A stretch of 64,000 nt of DNA from Rubrobacteraceae bacterium. GTDB lineage: Bacteria; Actinomycetota; Rubrobacteria; Rubrobacterales; Rubrobacteraceae. Shown here piece after piece: positions 35,172 through 43,584 of the stretch. The stretch's first letter is position 1; every line of letters begins with the position of its first letter. The position numbers were made by a program, and so were the translations under genes. The notes beneath the pieces are model-generated. The model was not told where the DNA came from. It saw nothing but the letters and a program-made list of their open reading frames with translations, and searched no databases. The stretch is taken from NCBI GenBank assembly GCA_035463295.1, contig DATHTK010000023.1:1563-65562 (forward strand), in the 5' to 3' direction.

Positions 35172-36287
35172 GTGGAGTGGACACTAGGGAGAAGTGAGGT
35201 AGTGGAGACGCCGCGTCTGTTGATCGATGCCGCAAGAATGAGGAAGAATATCGCGAAGCTGGCGGTCGTCGCCAGGACCAGCGGGGTCGCACTGAGGCCC
35301 CACGTGAAGACGCACAAGATCCCCGCGATAGCCCGGGAACAGATCGAAGCGGGCGCGGTCGGGATCACGGTGGCAAAGATCTCCGAGGCCGAGGTCATGG
35401 CCGAGGGTGGTCTCGAGGATATCTTCGTTGCTTACCCGCTGGTGACGGAATCCAAGATCCGGCGGGCGCTGAGGTTGAAGGAGAGACTGAGGAACCTCAC
35501 CGTAGGGGTGGACAGCTTGGAAGGAGCACGCAGGCTTTCGCTGGCCGCGGCGAACGACGTTGTGGACGTCAGGCTGGAAGTAGATACCGGGCTGAGAAGG
35601 ACCGGTGTTCCCTACGGCGAAGCCGTCGAGCTCGCCCGGTCCATAGTCACCCTCGACAACCTGAACCTGACGGGGATCTACACCTACCGTGGGGCGGTCC
35701 TGGGTGGCTCGCCGACGCGCAATCTCGAAGGAGCGGGTGTCGAGGAGGGGAGATTGATGGTCTCCCTGGCCGACAGGATAAGAGGGGAAGGCATCGAGTT
35801 GAAGGACGTGAGCCTGGGGTCGACACCTACGGCGCAATATGCAGCGGAGGTCGAGGGAGTGACCGAGATTCGACCGGGCACATACGTTTTCTACGACCGG
35901 ATGCAGGCCGCGCTCGGGGCCTGCTCCCTCGAGGAGTGTGCAGCGATGGTTCTGGTTACCGTCGTAAGCAGGCCAACCCCCGACCTCGCCGTGATCGATG
36001 GGGGAAGCAAGACCTTCGCTACCGACGTAGCGCCCGGGCGAGAACCACTGGATCTGCAAGGCTTCGGTCATGTGATGGAGTACCCAGAGGCCCGGCTGGA
36101 GAGGCTGACGGAAGAGCATGGCATGCTTGCTGTAAGCCCTGACCAGGGCCTCGCGGTGGGCGACACGCTGCGCGTCGTCCCGAACCACATCTGCAGTACG
36201 GTAAACCTGCATGATACGGTCTGCATGATCGACGCTGACGGCGGAGTGGAGGAGTTGCGTGTGCTGGCCCGCGGAAAGGTAGATTAG
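35172..36287 (+). CDS. Fold-type-III PLP enzyme, DSD1 / D-threonine aldolase / D-serine dehydratase-like
   Basis: LRPHVKTHKIPAIA (PLP-lysine motif), ITVAKISEAEV, C-terminal LRVVPNHICSTVNL. Confidence 0.82.
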   Translation: MEWTLGRSEVVETPRLLIDAARMRKNIAKLAVVARTSGVALRPHVKTHKIPAIAREQIEAGAVGITVAKISEAEVMAEGGLEDIFVAYPLVTESKIRRALRLKERLRNLTVGVDSLEGARRLSLAAANDVVDVRLEVDTGLRRTGVPYGEAVELARSIVTLDNLNLTGIYTYRGAVLGGSPTRNLEGAGVEEGRLMVSLADRIRGEGIELKDVSLGSTPTAQYAAEVEGVTEIRPGTYVFYDRMQAALGACSLEECAAMVLVTVVSRPTPDLAVIDGGSKTFATDVAPGREPLDLQGFGHVMEYPEARLERLTEEHGMLAVSPDQGLAVGDTLRVVPNHICSTVNLHDTVCMIDADGGVEELRVLARGKVD

Positions 36288-36332
36288 ACGAGGAAGACCG
36301 GGTCACGACCCCAGTACTGGACAGGAGGATCG

Positions 36333-36713
36333 ATGAGGAAGACGGTAATGGCCGAAAAGGGACCGCAACCGGCGGGCCCCTACTCTCACGCCGTGGTCGC
36401 CAACGGGTTCGTCTTCGTGTCGGGCCAGGGGCCCGCGGATCCCGCGACGGGCACGATGCCCGACGCGTTCGCGGATCAGGTCCGTCAGACCCTGACCAAT
36501 TTGCAGACGATCCTGGAGGCCGCGGGATCCAGCCTCGACGACGTCGTAAAGGTCAACGCCTACGTGACGGACCTCACGCGTTTCGCCGAGTTCAACGAGG
36601 TATACAAGGAGTTCTTCTCGAACGACCCGCCGGCCCGCACCACCGTGGCCGCTGCGCTGCTCGGTATGCTGGTGGAGGTGGATTGTGTGGCTCAGCTGAG
36701 CGACGAAGCATAA
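36333..36713 (+). CDS. ridA: RidA/YjgF-family reactive enamine/imine deaminase
   Basis: GPYSHAVVANGFVFVSGQ, KVNAYVTDL, PARTTVAAAL...VEVDCVA. SD AGGAGG upstream. Confidence 0.92.
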   Translation: MRKTVMAEKGPQPAGPYSHAVVANGFVFVSGQGPADPATGTMPDAFADQVRQTLTNLQTILEAAGSSLDDVVKVNAYVTDLTRFAEFNEVYKEFFSNDPPARTTVAAALLGMLVEVDCVAQLSDEA

Positions 36714-36728
36714 CGGCGCTTGCGCCGT
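36713..36728 (+). terminator. Short GC hairpin directly after the ridA stop (ACGGCGC-tt-GCGCCGT), no U-tract
   Basis: Perfect 7-nt inverted repeat starting in the stop codon, in a convergent intergenic region. Confidence 0.25.
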
Positions 36729-36810
36729 CGAGCGTGACGGTGGAAAGGTGAGGTTGGTGGAGTTACTAGAGTATTTCCCTATGACGTAGGGCGCACGGGG
36801 GAGCGAACGA

Positions 36811-38025
36811 TCAAGGAGCGACGAGGGACTCCCTGATCCAGTCCAGAGAGCGTAGCCGAGAGAACCCGTAATGGTAGAAGTCGATGCGCTCCAGCCCCCG
36901 CTCGCGCGCGAGGGCCACCTTCGCAGCGAGGTTGTCGGCCGACCGGCAGTCGGGAGGCATGGGACGCAGCACGAGTCCGAGCCGCGAGTCCTCCCCGAGC
37001 AGGGCCTGGTAAGCGTCGATGTCGAGCCTCAGTCGCTCGGGGTCGGAAGCGTAGCCGGTCGCCGCTACGGTGTCGCATACCTCCCCCAAGGAGGCAACGT
37101 CGACGCCAGTCTGCCACCCGATCGTCGGCGCTGGACCCCCCTGGGGATCTCCTGTTGCGAAGCCCTTCTCTGCGCCCGAGAGGTCCAGGTAAACGACGCT
37201 CGTGTCGTCGCCTGCGGCCGCCGTCACCTCGGCGGCGAGCGAGGCAACCGTCTCCGTGCGGGTCTCGAGGTACCCCAGCAGTTGCTCGCCCCCGAAGGTA
37301 GCGAGGCGTTCCCGATCAAGCTCGCCTGGAACCTCGCTCTCCCCCTCTAGCAGGCGTACTAGTTCGTCACGCACCAGGCGATGGACCATTTCGGCGTCGA
37401 CCCCGGCCCGGCGGGCGGCGGCGAGGCAATGGGCACAGAAGCATAGACCGAGCAGGTACGTGCCCACGGGGTCCAGGGGCTCGAAGTAGCGCTCGTGATG
37501 GTATCCGTGACCGAGGCCGTGAAACTGGAGTGACTCCGCGAGGATAGTGGACACCTCGTAGCGGGCGATGTCCGAAGTCAGGGCCCGCACGTATGACCGG
37601 ACCTCCGGGTTGGATGGGCAGAGATCGGTGAGGTAGCGGTCGCCGAACGCGTTCTGCGTGGCGCACCTGGGGTGCTCGAAGCCGAGTCGGTCGCTGTGCA
37701 GGAAGACCACCCACGCGTTTGCCGTCATTCCCCGCTCATTAGCGGCCGCGCAGAGGTCTCCGAGGGGATCCGTGGTCCTGGCGAGCTTGGCGACGTGAGG
37801 CCGGAGACCCTCGTAGTTTCCCTCCTCCGGGTGGAAAAAAACGGCTCCGCCCTCGAGGTAAAGGACTCTGTGTACGGGGTTGTGCGGAAAGATGTCCCGC
37901 GCGTCGTGGTAGGCGACCGCCATCGTCAGCGCTCCTACCCCCGCCCGTTCCTGGACGTTTGTGAGGACGGTGTCGAGCCCCTCGTCTCGAAGGTCGGTGG
38001 CAAACGCGAGGATCGATGTCTCCAT
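36811..38025 (-). CDS. Uncharacterised 404-aa protein (possibly a glycoside-hydrolase-like TIM barrel)
   Basis: Long ORF with good codon character and alternating beta/alpha-like pattern. Cys/His-rich stretch LGHGYHHERYF...LGLCFCAHCLAAARRAG. I recognise no family motif and there is no SD before ATG 38025. Confidence 0.6.
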   Translation of the reverse strand: METSILAFATDLRDEGLDTVLTNVQERAGVGALTMAVAYHDARDIFPHNPVHRVLYLEGGAVFFHPEEGNYEGLRPHVAKLARTTDPLGDLCAAANERGMTANAWVVFLHSDRLGFEHPRCATQNAFGDRYLTDLCPSNPEVRSYVRALTSDIARYEVSTILAESLQFHGLGHGYHHERYFEPLDPVGTYLLGLCFCAHCLAAARRAGVDAEMVHRLVRDELVRLLEGESEVPGELDRERLATFGGEQLLGYLETRTETVASLAAEVTAAAGDDTSVVYLDLSGAEKGFATGDPQGGPAPTIGWQTGVDVASLGEVCDTVAATGYASDPERLRLDIDAYQALLGEDSRLGLVLRPMPPDCRSADNLAAKVALARERGLERIDFYHYGFSRLRSLDWIRESLVAP

Positions 38026-38155
38026 AGAGCAAGACTACACAAGCGGAGACCCCGCAATCAAGGGAGGGTGGGTGTGCCGCAGACGCTCTCGCCCCCACCC
38101 GCGCCGGAGGTCCTCGACCTCTATGCGCTCTGGCTCTCCTGGATCAGTTGCCAGC

Positions 38156-38956
38156 TCACGCGCCGCGCTCGTCGGACTCGGCGAGGATGTCGCGCACCAC
38201 CCGCGTGTTGCCGGCCGTCAGTCCTCCGTCGACGGGAAGCACGGCCCCCGAGATCCAGGCTGCCGCGCTCGACGCGAGGAAGAGCGCGGCTTCTGCCACG
38301 TCTTCCGGGTCACCGATGCGGCCTAGCGGATACCACTTCGCGACGCGCTCGAAGATGCCGGGGTCTCTCTGGAGACGCCGCTCCCACGCCGGTGTCTTCA
38401 GCGTCCCGGGAGCTATGGCGTTCACGCGCACGCCGGAGGGTCCGTATCGAACCGCCAGGCTCCTCGTCAGGCTGAGCATCCCCGCCTTGGCCGCGCTGTA
38501 GGCCTCGTTGCCGAAATAGCCCAGGGCGTTCACCGAGCTGATGTTGAGGATGACCCCCGAACCCTTCTCTACCATCTCTGGCAGTACGGCCTGCGAGCAG
38601 AGGAACGCTCCCTTCAGCGTAATTGCCACGTCTTCGTCCCAGACCTCCGGGCTCACATCGAGAAAATCCGTGTCGGTGGCCTTCGCCGCGTTGTTGATGA
38701 GTATATCGGCCGGCCCGAACGCCGCGCGAGTCGCCTCGATCATGGCTTCGACCTCCGCTGTCACGGTCACGTCGGTCGTCTGCGCCAGAGCCCTGCCGCC
38801 CGCCCCGGAGATCTCCCGGGCTACCGCATCCGCACGCTGGCCCGCCACGTCCGCGACGATGACCGCAGCGCCTTCCGCCGCAAAACGGTGCGCCATCACC
38901 CGCCCGAGTCCCGAGCCGCTGCCCGTGATGATCGCTACCCGATCCTGGAACCTCAC
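38156..38956 (-). CDS. Short-chain dehydrogenase/reductase
   Basis: TGSGSGLG, NNAA, catalytic YSAAKAG. GTG 38956 sits 5 nt behind AGGAGG. The ORF-track start at 39205 overlaps the divergent transporter gene. Confidence 0.85.
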   Translation of the reverse strand: MRFQDRVAIITGSGSGLGRVMAHRFAAEGAAVIVADVAGQRADAVAREISGAGGRALAQTTDVTVTAEVEAMIEATRAAFGPADILINNAAKATDTDFLDVSPEVWDEDVAITLKGAFLCSQAVLPEMVEKGSGVILNISSVNALGYFGNEAYSAAKAGMLSLTRSLAVRYGPSGVRVNAIAPGTLKTPAWERRLQRDPGIFERVAKWYPLGRIGDPEDVAEAALFLASSAAAWISGAVLPVDGGLTAGNTRVVRDILAESDERGA

Positions 38957-39092
38957 CTTCACCTCCTGCGCGCGGCTGGCGTTGACCACGTACGACGGTA
39001 CGATACAGCAATCCCCGTCTGCGTCGCTTGCGTTACGCACTAGGGGGTCGCTAAGATAATCGCCAGGGGAAGGGCGAGAGCGGGGGGTAGCG

Positions 39093-40526
39093 ATGTCGGA
39101 GAGAGAAGCGAGCAACTCTGATCGGCGCGCGGGCGGCGGTCTTAGCGGGTCTATATCGAGGCTAAACATGATGATCGCGGGCGCGGCCGCGATCATCGGC
39201 ATCATCTACGGGTATGACCTGGGATCTATAGCCGGTGCGATCCTCTTCTTGAAACCGGACCTGGGTCTCTCTACCTTCATGGTCTCCGTGGTGACCGCCA
39301 CGGTTGTGCTGGGGCAGCTGTTCGGCGCTTTCAACGCCGGCCGGATCACCAACCGCATAGGGCGCAAGCGCACCATGGTCGGGATCGCGCTCGGTTACGC
39401 CGTGTTTGCCGCGCTCCAGGGCCTCGCGCCCAACGAGTGGTTCCTGATAGTCGTCAGGTTCCTTCTCGGGTTCACTATCGGCGTCTCGATCGTCACGGTC
39501 CCGGCGTACATCGCGGAGTCCTCGCCCAGAAGCGTCCGGGGGTCGATGATCGTCACCTTCCAGGTCGCCACGGTCGCGGGCATCGCCGTCGCTTACTTCG
39601 TGGCAGCGGCTCTTGCGGGCTTGGAGAGCTGGCGTCTGATCCTCTCGCTTTCGGCGATCCCCGCCCTTGTCGTGCTGTTCCTCGTCCTGCGCCTCCCCGA
39701 GACGCCGCGCTGGCTCCTGATGAACGACCAGCGCGAACGAGCACTGGACCTCGTGCGTAGGGTGCAGGGCGACGTGGAGCCCGAAGAGGAGGTGATGAGG
39801 ATCGAAGAGGACCTCGCCTACGAGGAGAAGGGTAACTTCCTCGAGCTCTTCCAGGGAAGGTTCCGGCTCGCCGGGATCTTCGTCGTTACGCTCGGGTTCT
39901 TGGTACAGATCACCGGTATCAACGCTATCGTCTACTACAGCCCGACGATTATCCAGCAGGTGGGCGTGACCGATCCGTTCCAGGCGATCCTGGTCAACGG
40001 CTTTATCCAGGTCGCCGGCGTAGCGGCCGTGGTAGTCTCGTTCCTGGTGGTCGACAGGTGGGGGCGCAGGCCCACCCTGCTGACAGGGGTGGGCACCATG
40101 GCGGCCGCCAACGCGCTCCTTATCGTCGCTTTTGCCCTGGGACCGTCCGCGGTTCTGGCTCTCGCCGGTATCCTTCTGTTCATAGTGGGGTTCAACTTCG
40201 GCTACGGAGCGCTCGTGTGGGTCTACGCCTCCGAGAGTTTTCCCGCGCGTCTTCGCACCCAGGGCGGATCGGCCATGCTGACCTCGGATCTCCTGGCGAA
40301 CTTTATCGTCGGCGTGGTGTTCCTCAGCGCGCTCGGCGCCCTCGGCGGGTCACTGACCTTCGGTATCTTCCTGGTGCTGGCGATAATCTCCTTTGTCTTT
40401 ATCTACGCCCTGGCCCCCGAGACGAAGGGACGTCAGCTGGAGTCGATCCGGTACTACTGGTACAACGGCGCCAGCTGGCCAGAGGAGACGGTGAGCCCGG
40501 ACGAGGCCGAACAGACACGCAAGTAG
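39093..40526 (+). CDS. MFS sugar-porter family transporter (sugar/polyol:H+ symporter)
   Basis: GRITNRIGRKRTM, PETPRWLL, ASESFPARLR, PETKGRQLE signatures, 12 TM segments. An alternative start is the first ATG of the MMIAG run, about 39168. Confidence 0.88.
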   Translation: MSEREASNSDRRAGGGLSGSISRLNMMIAGAAAIIGIIYGYDLGSIAGAILFLKPDLGLSTFMVSVVTATVVLGQLFGAFNAGRITNRIGRKRTMVGIALGYAVFAALQGLAPNEWFLIVVRFLLGFTIGVSIVTVPAYIAESSPRSVRGSMIVTFQVATVAGIAVAYFVAAALAGLESWRLILSLSAIPALVVLFLVLRLPETPRWLLMNDQRERALDLVRRVQGDVEPEEEVMRIEEDLAYEEKGNFLELFQGRFRLAGIFVVTLGFLVQITGINAIVYYSPTIIQQVGVTDPFQAILVNGFIQVAGVAAVVVSFLVVDRWGRRPTLLTGVGTMAAANALLIVAFALGPSAVLALAGILLFIVGFNFGYGALVWVYASESFPARLRTQGGSAMLTSDLLANFIVGVVFLSALGALGGSLTFGIFLVLAIISFVFIYALAPETKGRQLESIRYYWYNGASWPEETVSPDEAEQTRK

Positions 40527-40694
40527 AGCGAACGAGGACCCCGGTAGCGCACCTGGGTGGTCTCACTCCGCCTGGTACCCGCTCGTCACCCTACCGGGCT
40601 TGGGGACTGGCCCCGGTCGACGCGCTCCTGGAACCCGCTCTCATGCTGCACGAGGTAGATGGAAAGGCTCTCGGGATGCTTGGCGTCGAGCGCC

Positions 40695-41723
40695 TCAAGT
40701 CCTCCCGTCGCGCTCCAACCCGAAGGTTTGAGCCAGCAGCTCGTAGGACCCGAGTCTCTCCCGGTGGTCGTGGACCATGGTGGTGACCATGATCTCGTCG
40801 GCTCCGGTGCTCTCGGCCAGATCGAGCAGCCGCTCTTGCACCGCGGACGGGTCACCGACTACCTGCATGGAGCGGTAGCTCTCGAATACCCGGCGCTCGG
40901 CCGGCGTGTACGGGTAGGCCAGCGCCTCTTCGGGAGTGGGTAGCGGGCCGGGTTTACCGGTTCGCAAGCGGACCCAGGCGAGCCCCATCGAGGAGGCCAG
41001 CTCCTCGGCTCGCTCGTCGGTCTCGGCGCAGACGACCGACGCGGCGAGGATGGCGTGGGGTTCGGCGAAACTCCCTGAGGGCCTGAAGCTCTCGCGGTAG
41101 GCGCGCATCGGGGGCGCGGGGTCCACGGGGCTGAAGTGGGAGGCGAAGGCGTAGCCCAGGCCCATCTCTCCGGCCGCCCGTGCGGAGTACCCGCTCGATC
41201 CCAGAAGCCAGACCGGCGGCAGCTCCACGTCCTCCGGCACGGCGACCACCGAGCGGAACGGGTGCTCCTTCGGAAAGCCGCTCCCCGAAAACGCCAGGAG
41301 CTCCCCGAACTGCTCGGGAAAATCCTCGGCCCCCGCCGCGCCCCGAGGCCCGCGTAGCGCAGTAGCCGTCACAGGATCGGTGCCCGGCGCGCGTCCGATA
41401 CCGAGGTCAATGCGACCCGGGTGCAGCGCCTCCAGCACCTTGAAGATCTCCGCTACCCTTAAAGGCGCGTGGTTGGGGAGCATGATGCCCCCGGCCCCGA
41501 CCCGGATGCGGGAGGTCTCGCTCGCCACGTGCCCGATCATCACCTCCGGTGCCGAGCTCGCGGTGCTCGGCAGGTTGTGGTGCTCGGCCAGCCAGTAGCG
41601 GCTGTAGCCGAGCCGGTCGGCGAGACGGGCCAGCTCCAGGGTGTTACGCAACGCCAGAGTAGCACTCGATCCGGAGCCGACCGGCGAGAGATCCAGGACA
41701 GAGAAGGAGAGATCCACCATCAC
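40695..41723 (-). CDS. Luciferase-like (LLM class) flavin-dependent oxidoreductase
   Basis: FSVLDLSPV...LARLADRLGYSRYWLAEHHN...GGIMLPNHAPLRVAE. Confidence 0.88.
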   Translation of the reverse strand: MMVDLSFSVLDLSPVGSGSSATLALRNTLELARLADRLGYSRYWLAEHHNLPSTASSAPEVMIGHVASETSRIRVGAGGIMLPNHAPLRVAEIFKVLEALHPGRIDLGIGRAPGTDPVTATALRGPRGAAGAEDFPEQFGELLAFSGSGFPKEHPFRSVVAVPEDVELPPVWLLGSSGYSARAAGEMGLGYAFASHFSPVDPAPPMRAYRESFRPSGSFAEPHAILAASVVCAETDERAEELASSMGLAWVRLRTGKPGPLPTPEEALAYPYTPAERRVFESYRSMQVVGDPSAVQERLLDLAESTGADEIMVTTMVHDHRERLGSYELLAQTFGLERDGRT

Positions 41724-41873
41724 AACCTCCGTCTTGAGGGTTCGGTCCGCCCGCCATCCGCGACAGGAAGGCCGGCGGGGAGAACAGTGAGCCCGAAGAG
41801 CGCGAGAACGATGGAACGCGGCGGCGCCGGAACGGCGTTGCAGAAAAAGAGTTGACCGGGCGCAGATGAGGAC

Positions 41874-42392
41874 TCAGCAATCGCTGGGGGTCTCGGGCGG
41901 CGGACACCCTTCCTCGTTTCCGCTCGCGAGGTTGTCGCGCAGCGTGACCAGCACGGCGCCTAGTTGTTGGCGCTGGTCGTCCTCGAGACCGCGGAACAGC
42001 GCGTCTTCGGCCTCACGCTGGGCACGCGTCGCACTGTCGAAGTGCCGCCAACCGGCCGCGGTGAGCGTGACGATGTGGCGGCGACGGTCTACCGAGTCCC
42101 GCTCGCGTGAGACGAAGCCTTCGTCTTCGAGCGGGTTGAGCAACGTCACGAGAATGCTGGGATCTACTCCCATGATCTGTCCGAGCTCGCGCTGGCCCAT
42201 CGCGCCGTGGTCGTGTAGAAGCCCTAGAAGCTGGAACTGGCGCGGCTTGAGGTTGTGCGCGGTGTGTGCCTCCCGCAGGCGGCGCATCGCCACCTGGCCG
42301 AGCAGCGCGAGCAATAAGCCAGGGCTGGACCGACACTCCTCGAGAACGCTACCGGAAGTGGAAGTCTCGGCCATACGTGCGTCACCGGTCAT
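41874..42392 (-). CDS. MarR-family transcriptional regulator
   Basis: Winged-helix region LKPRQFQLLGLLHDHGAMGQRELGQIMGVDPSILVTLLNPLEDEGFVSRERDSVDRRRHIVTLT. Confidence 0.92.
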   Translation of the reverse strand: MTGDARMAETSTSGSVLEECRSSPGLLLALLGQVAMRRLREAHTAHNLKPRQFQLLGLLHDHGAMGQRELGQIMGVDPSILVTLLNPLEDEGFVSRERDSVDRRRHIVTLTAAGWRHFDSATRAQREAEDALFRGLEDDQRQQLGAVLVTLRDNLASGNEEGCPPPETPSDC

Positions 42393-42538
42393 GGGCTAGA
42401 AAGTATAGCACTATTAACGATTGAACATGATATATTGTTGGCCGTAATAAATAATATAAGGAGCCATACCATGAAGACCCTTACCATCGTGTGGGCTGGG
42501 CCTGGTGTCGCCATCTCTCTTGGAAAGGGAGACCACTG

Positions 42539-42726
42539 ATGAGGGCTTTTACCCTGGACCGTTTCGACGTGCCTCCCGGCTTGCGCGAGGATTTCCCCGC
42601 ACCTGTGCTCCGGCCGAAAACGGAACCGGGGAGGAATCCTCCTCGCCCGCTCCGGACCTATTGGTGTTCGACGCTGGCAGTGAGGTGGCTTGCACCGGCG
42701 ACACATGCATGGTAGAGGACGGCTGA
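42539..42726 (+). pseudogene. N-terminal remnant of a medium-chain (zinc-type/quinone) oxidoreductase
   Basis: MRAFTLDRFDVPPGLREDFPAPVL matches the MDR/QOR N-terminus (MrA....fG.p..l.l.d.p.P). A shifted frame gives ...LLVFDAGSEVAC..., reminiscent of the GxExAG strand. It ends directly before the dsbA-like start. Confidence 0.35.
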
Positions 42727-42729
42727 GCA

Positions 42730-43389
42730 ATGCGGGTAGAAATCTGGTCCGATGTGGTGTGCCCGTGGTGCTACATCGGCAAGAGGCGATTCGAGAGAGC
42801 ACTCGCCGGGTTCGACCACTCGGAGGAGGTCGAGGTCGTGTGGCGAAGCTTCCAGTTGCATCCGGAGCGTCCCAGGGGCGTACGAGAACCGCTTGAGGAG
42901 TCGCTCGCTGCCAAGATCGGCTGCACGGTCGATCAGGTCCGCGCCATGAACGACCATGTGAAGATCCTCGCCGCCGCCGAGGGGTTGGACTACGACTTCG
43001 AGAGATACAACCTCGTGAACACCCTCGACGCGCACCGGCTGACACACCTGGCCAGAGTGCACGGACTGGGTGCGCAGCTGCACGAGCGTTTTCTTCGGGC
43101 GCAGCTCATCGAGGGCGAGGATCTCGAGGACGCCGACACGCTCGTCCGACTGTCGGCCGAGGTCGGTGTCCCCGAGGGTGAGGCTCGCCGGGTGCTCGTA
43201 GGAGACGATTACGTGGCCGACGTCGATAAAGACATCCGTGAGCTCCGAGCACTCGGCGGCAATGGGGTACCGTTCTTCGTCATCGACCGCCGCTACGGCG
43301 TTGCGGGTGCACAACCAGCCGAGGTGTTCCTGCGCGCGCTCGAGACAGCTCGGGCCGAGGAGGCCCAGAGGTGGAGGTCCACCCGCTGA
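42730..43389 (+). CDS. DsbA-family thiol:disulfide oxidoreductase (FrnE / HCCA-isomerase-like)
   Basis: VEIWSDVVCPWCYIGKRRFE (CPxC active site) and C-terminal GVPFFVIDRRYGVAGAQ. Confidence 0.9.
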   Translation: MRVEIWSDVVCPWCYIGKRRFERALAGFDHSEEVEVVWRSFQLHPERPRGVREPLEESLAAKIGCTVDQVRAMNDHVKILAAAEGLDYDFERYNLVNTLDAHRLTHLARVHGLGAQLHERFLRAQLIEGEDLEDADTLVRLSAEVGVPEGEARRVLVGDDYVADVDKDIRELRALGGNGVPFFVIDRRYGVAGAQPAEVFLRALETARAEEAQRWRSTR

Positions 43390-43584
43390 CGTTGCTTGCG
43401 CCCGTCTTTCTGCCGGGCTCGGCACGCGCGGGGGTAGCGGATTTCGGGGATCCTTGAAGTTGGACGAAGCTCTGCGTCTCATGACCCGGATGCGCGCCGG
43501 CGAGGGAGTCGCTGCGAAGAGGGCGCAAAGACGGGGCAAGAGCGGTAGTCTACGACGAGCCGGACCGGAAGGAGCAAGGTAACC

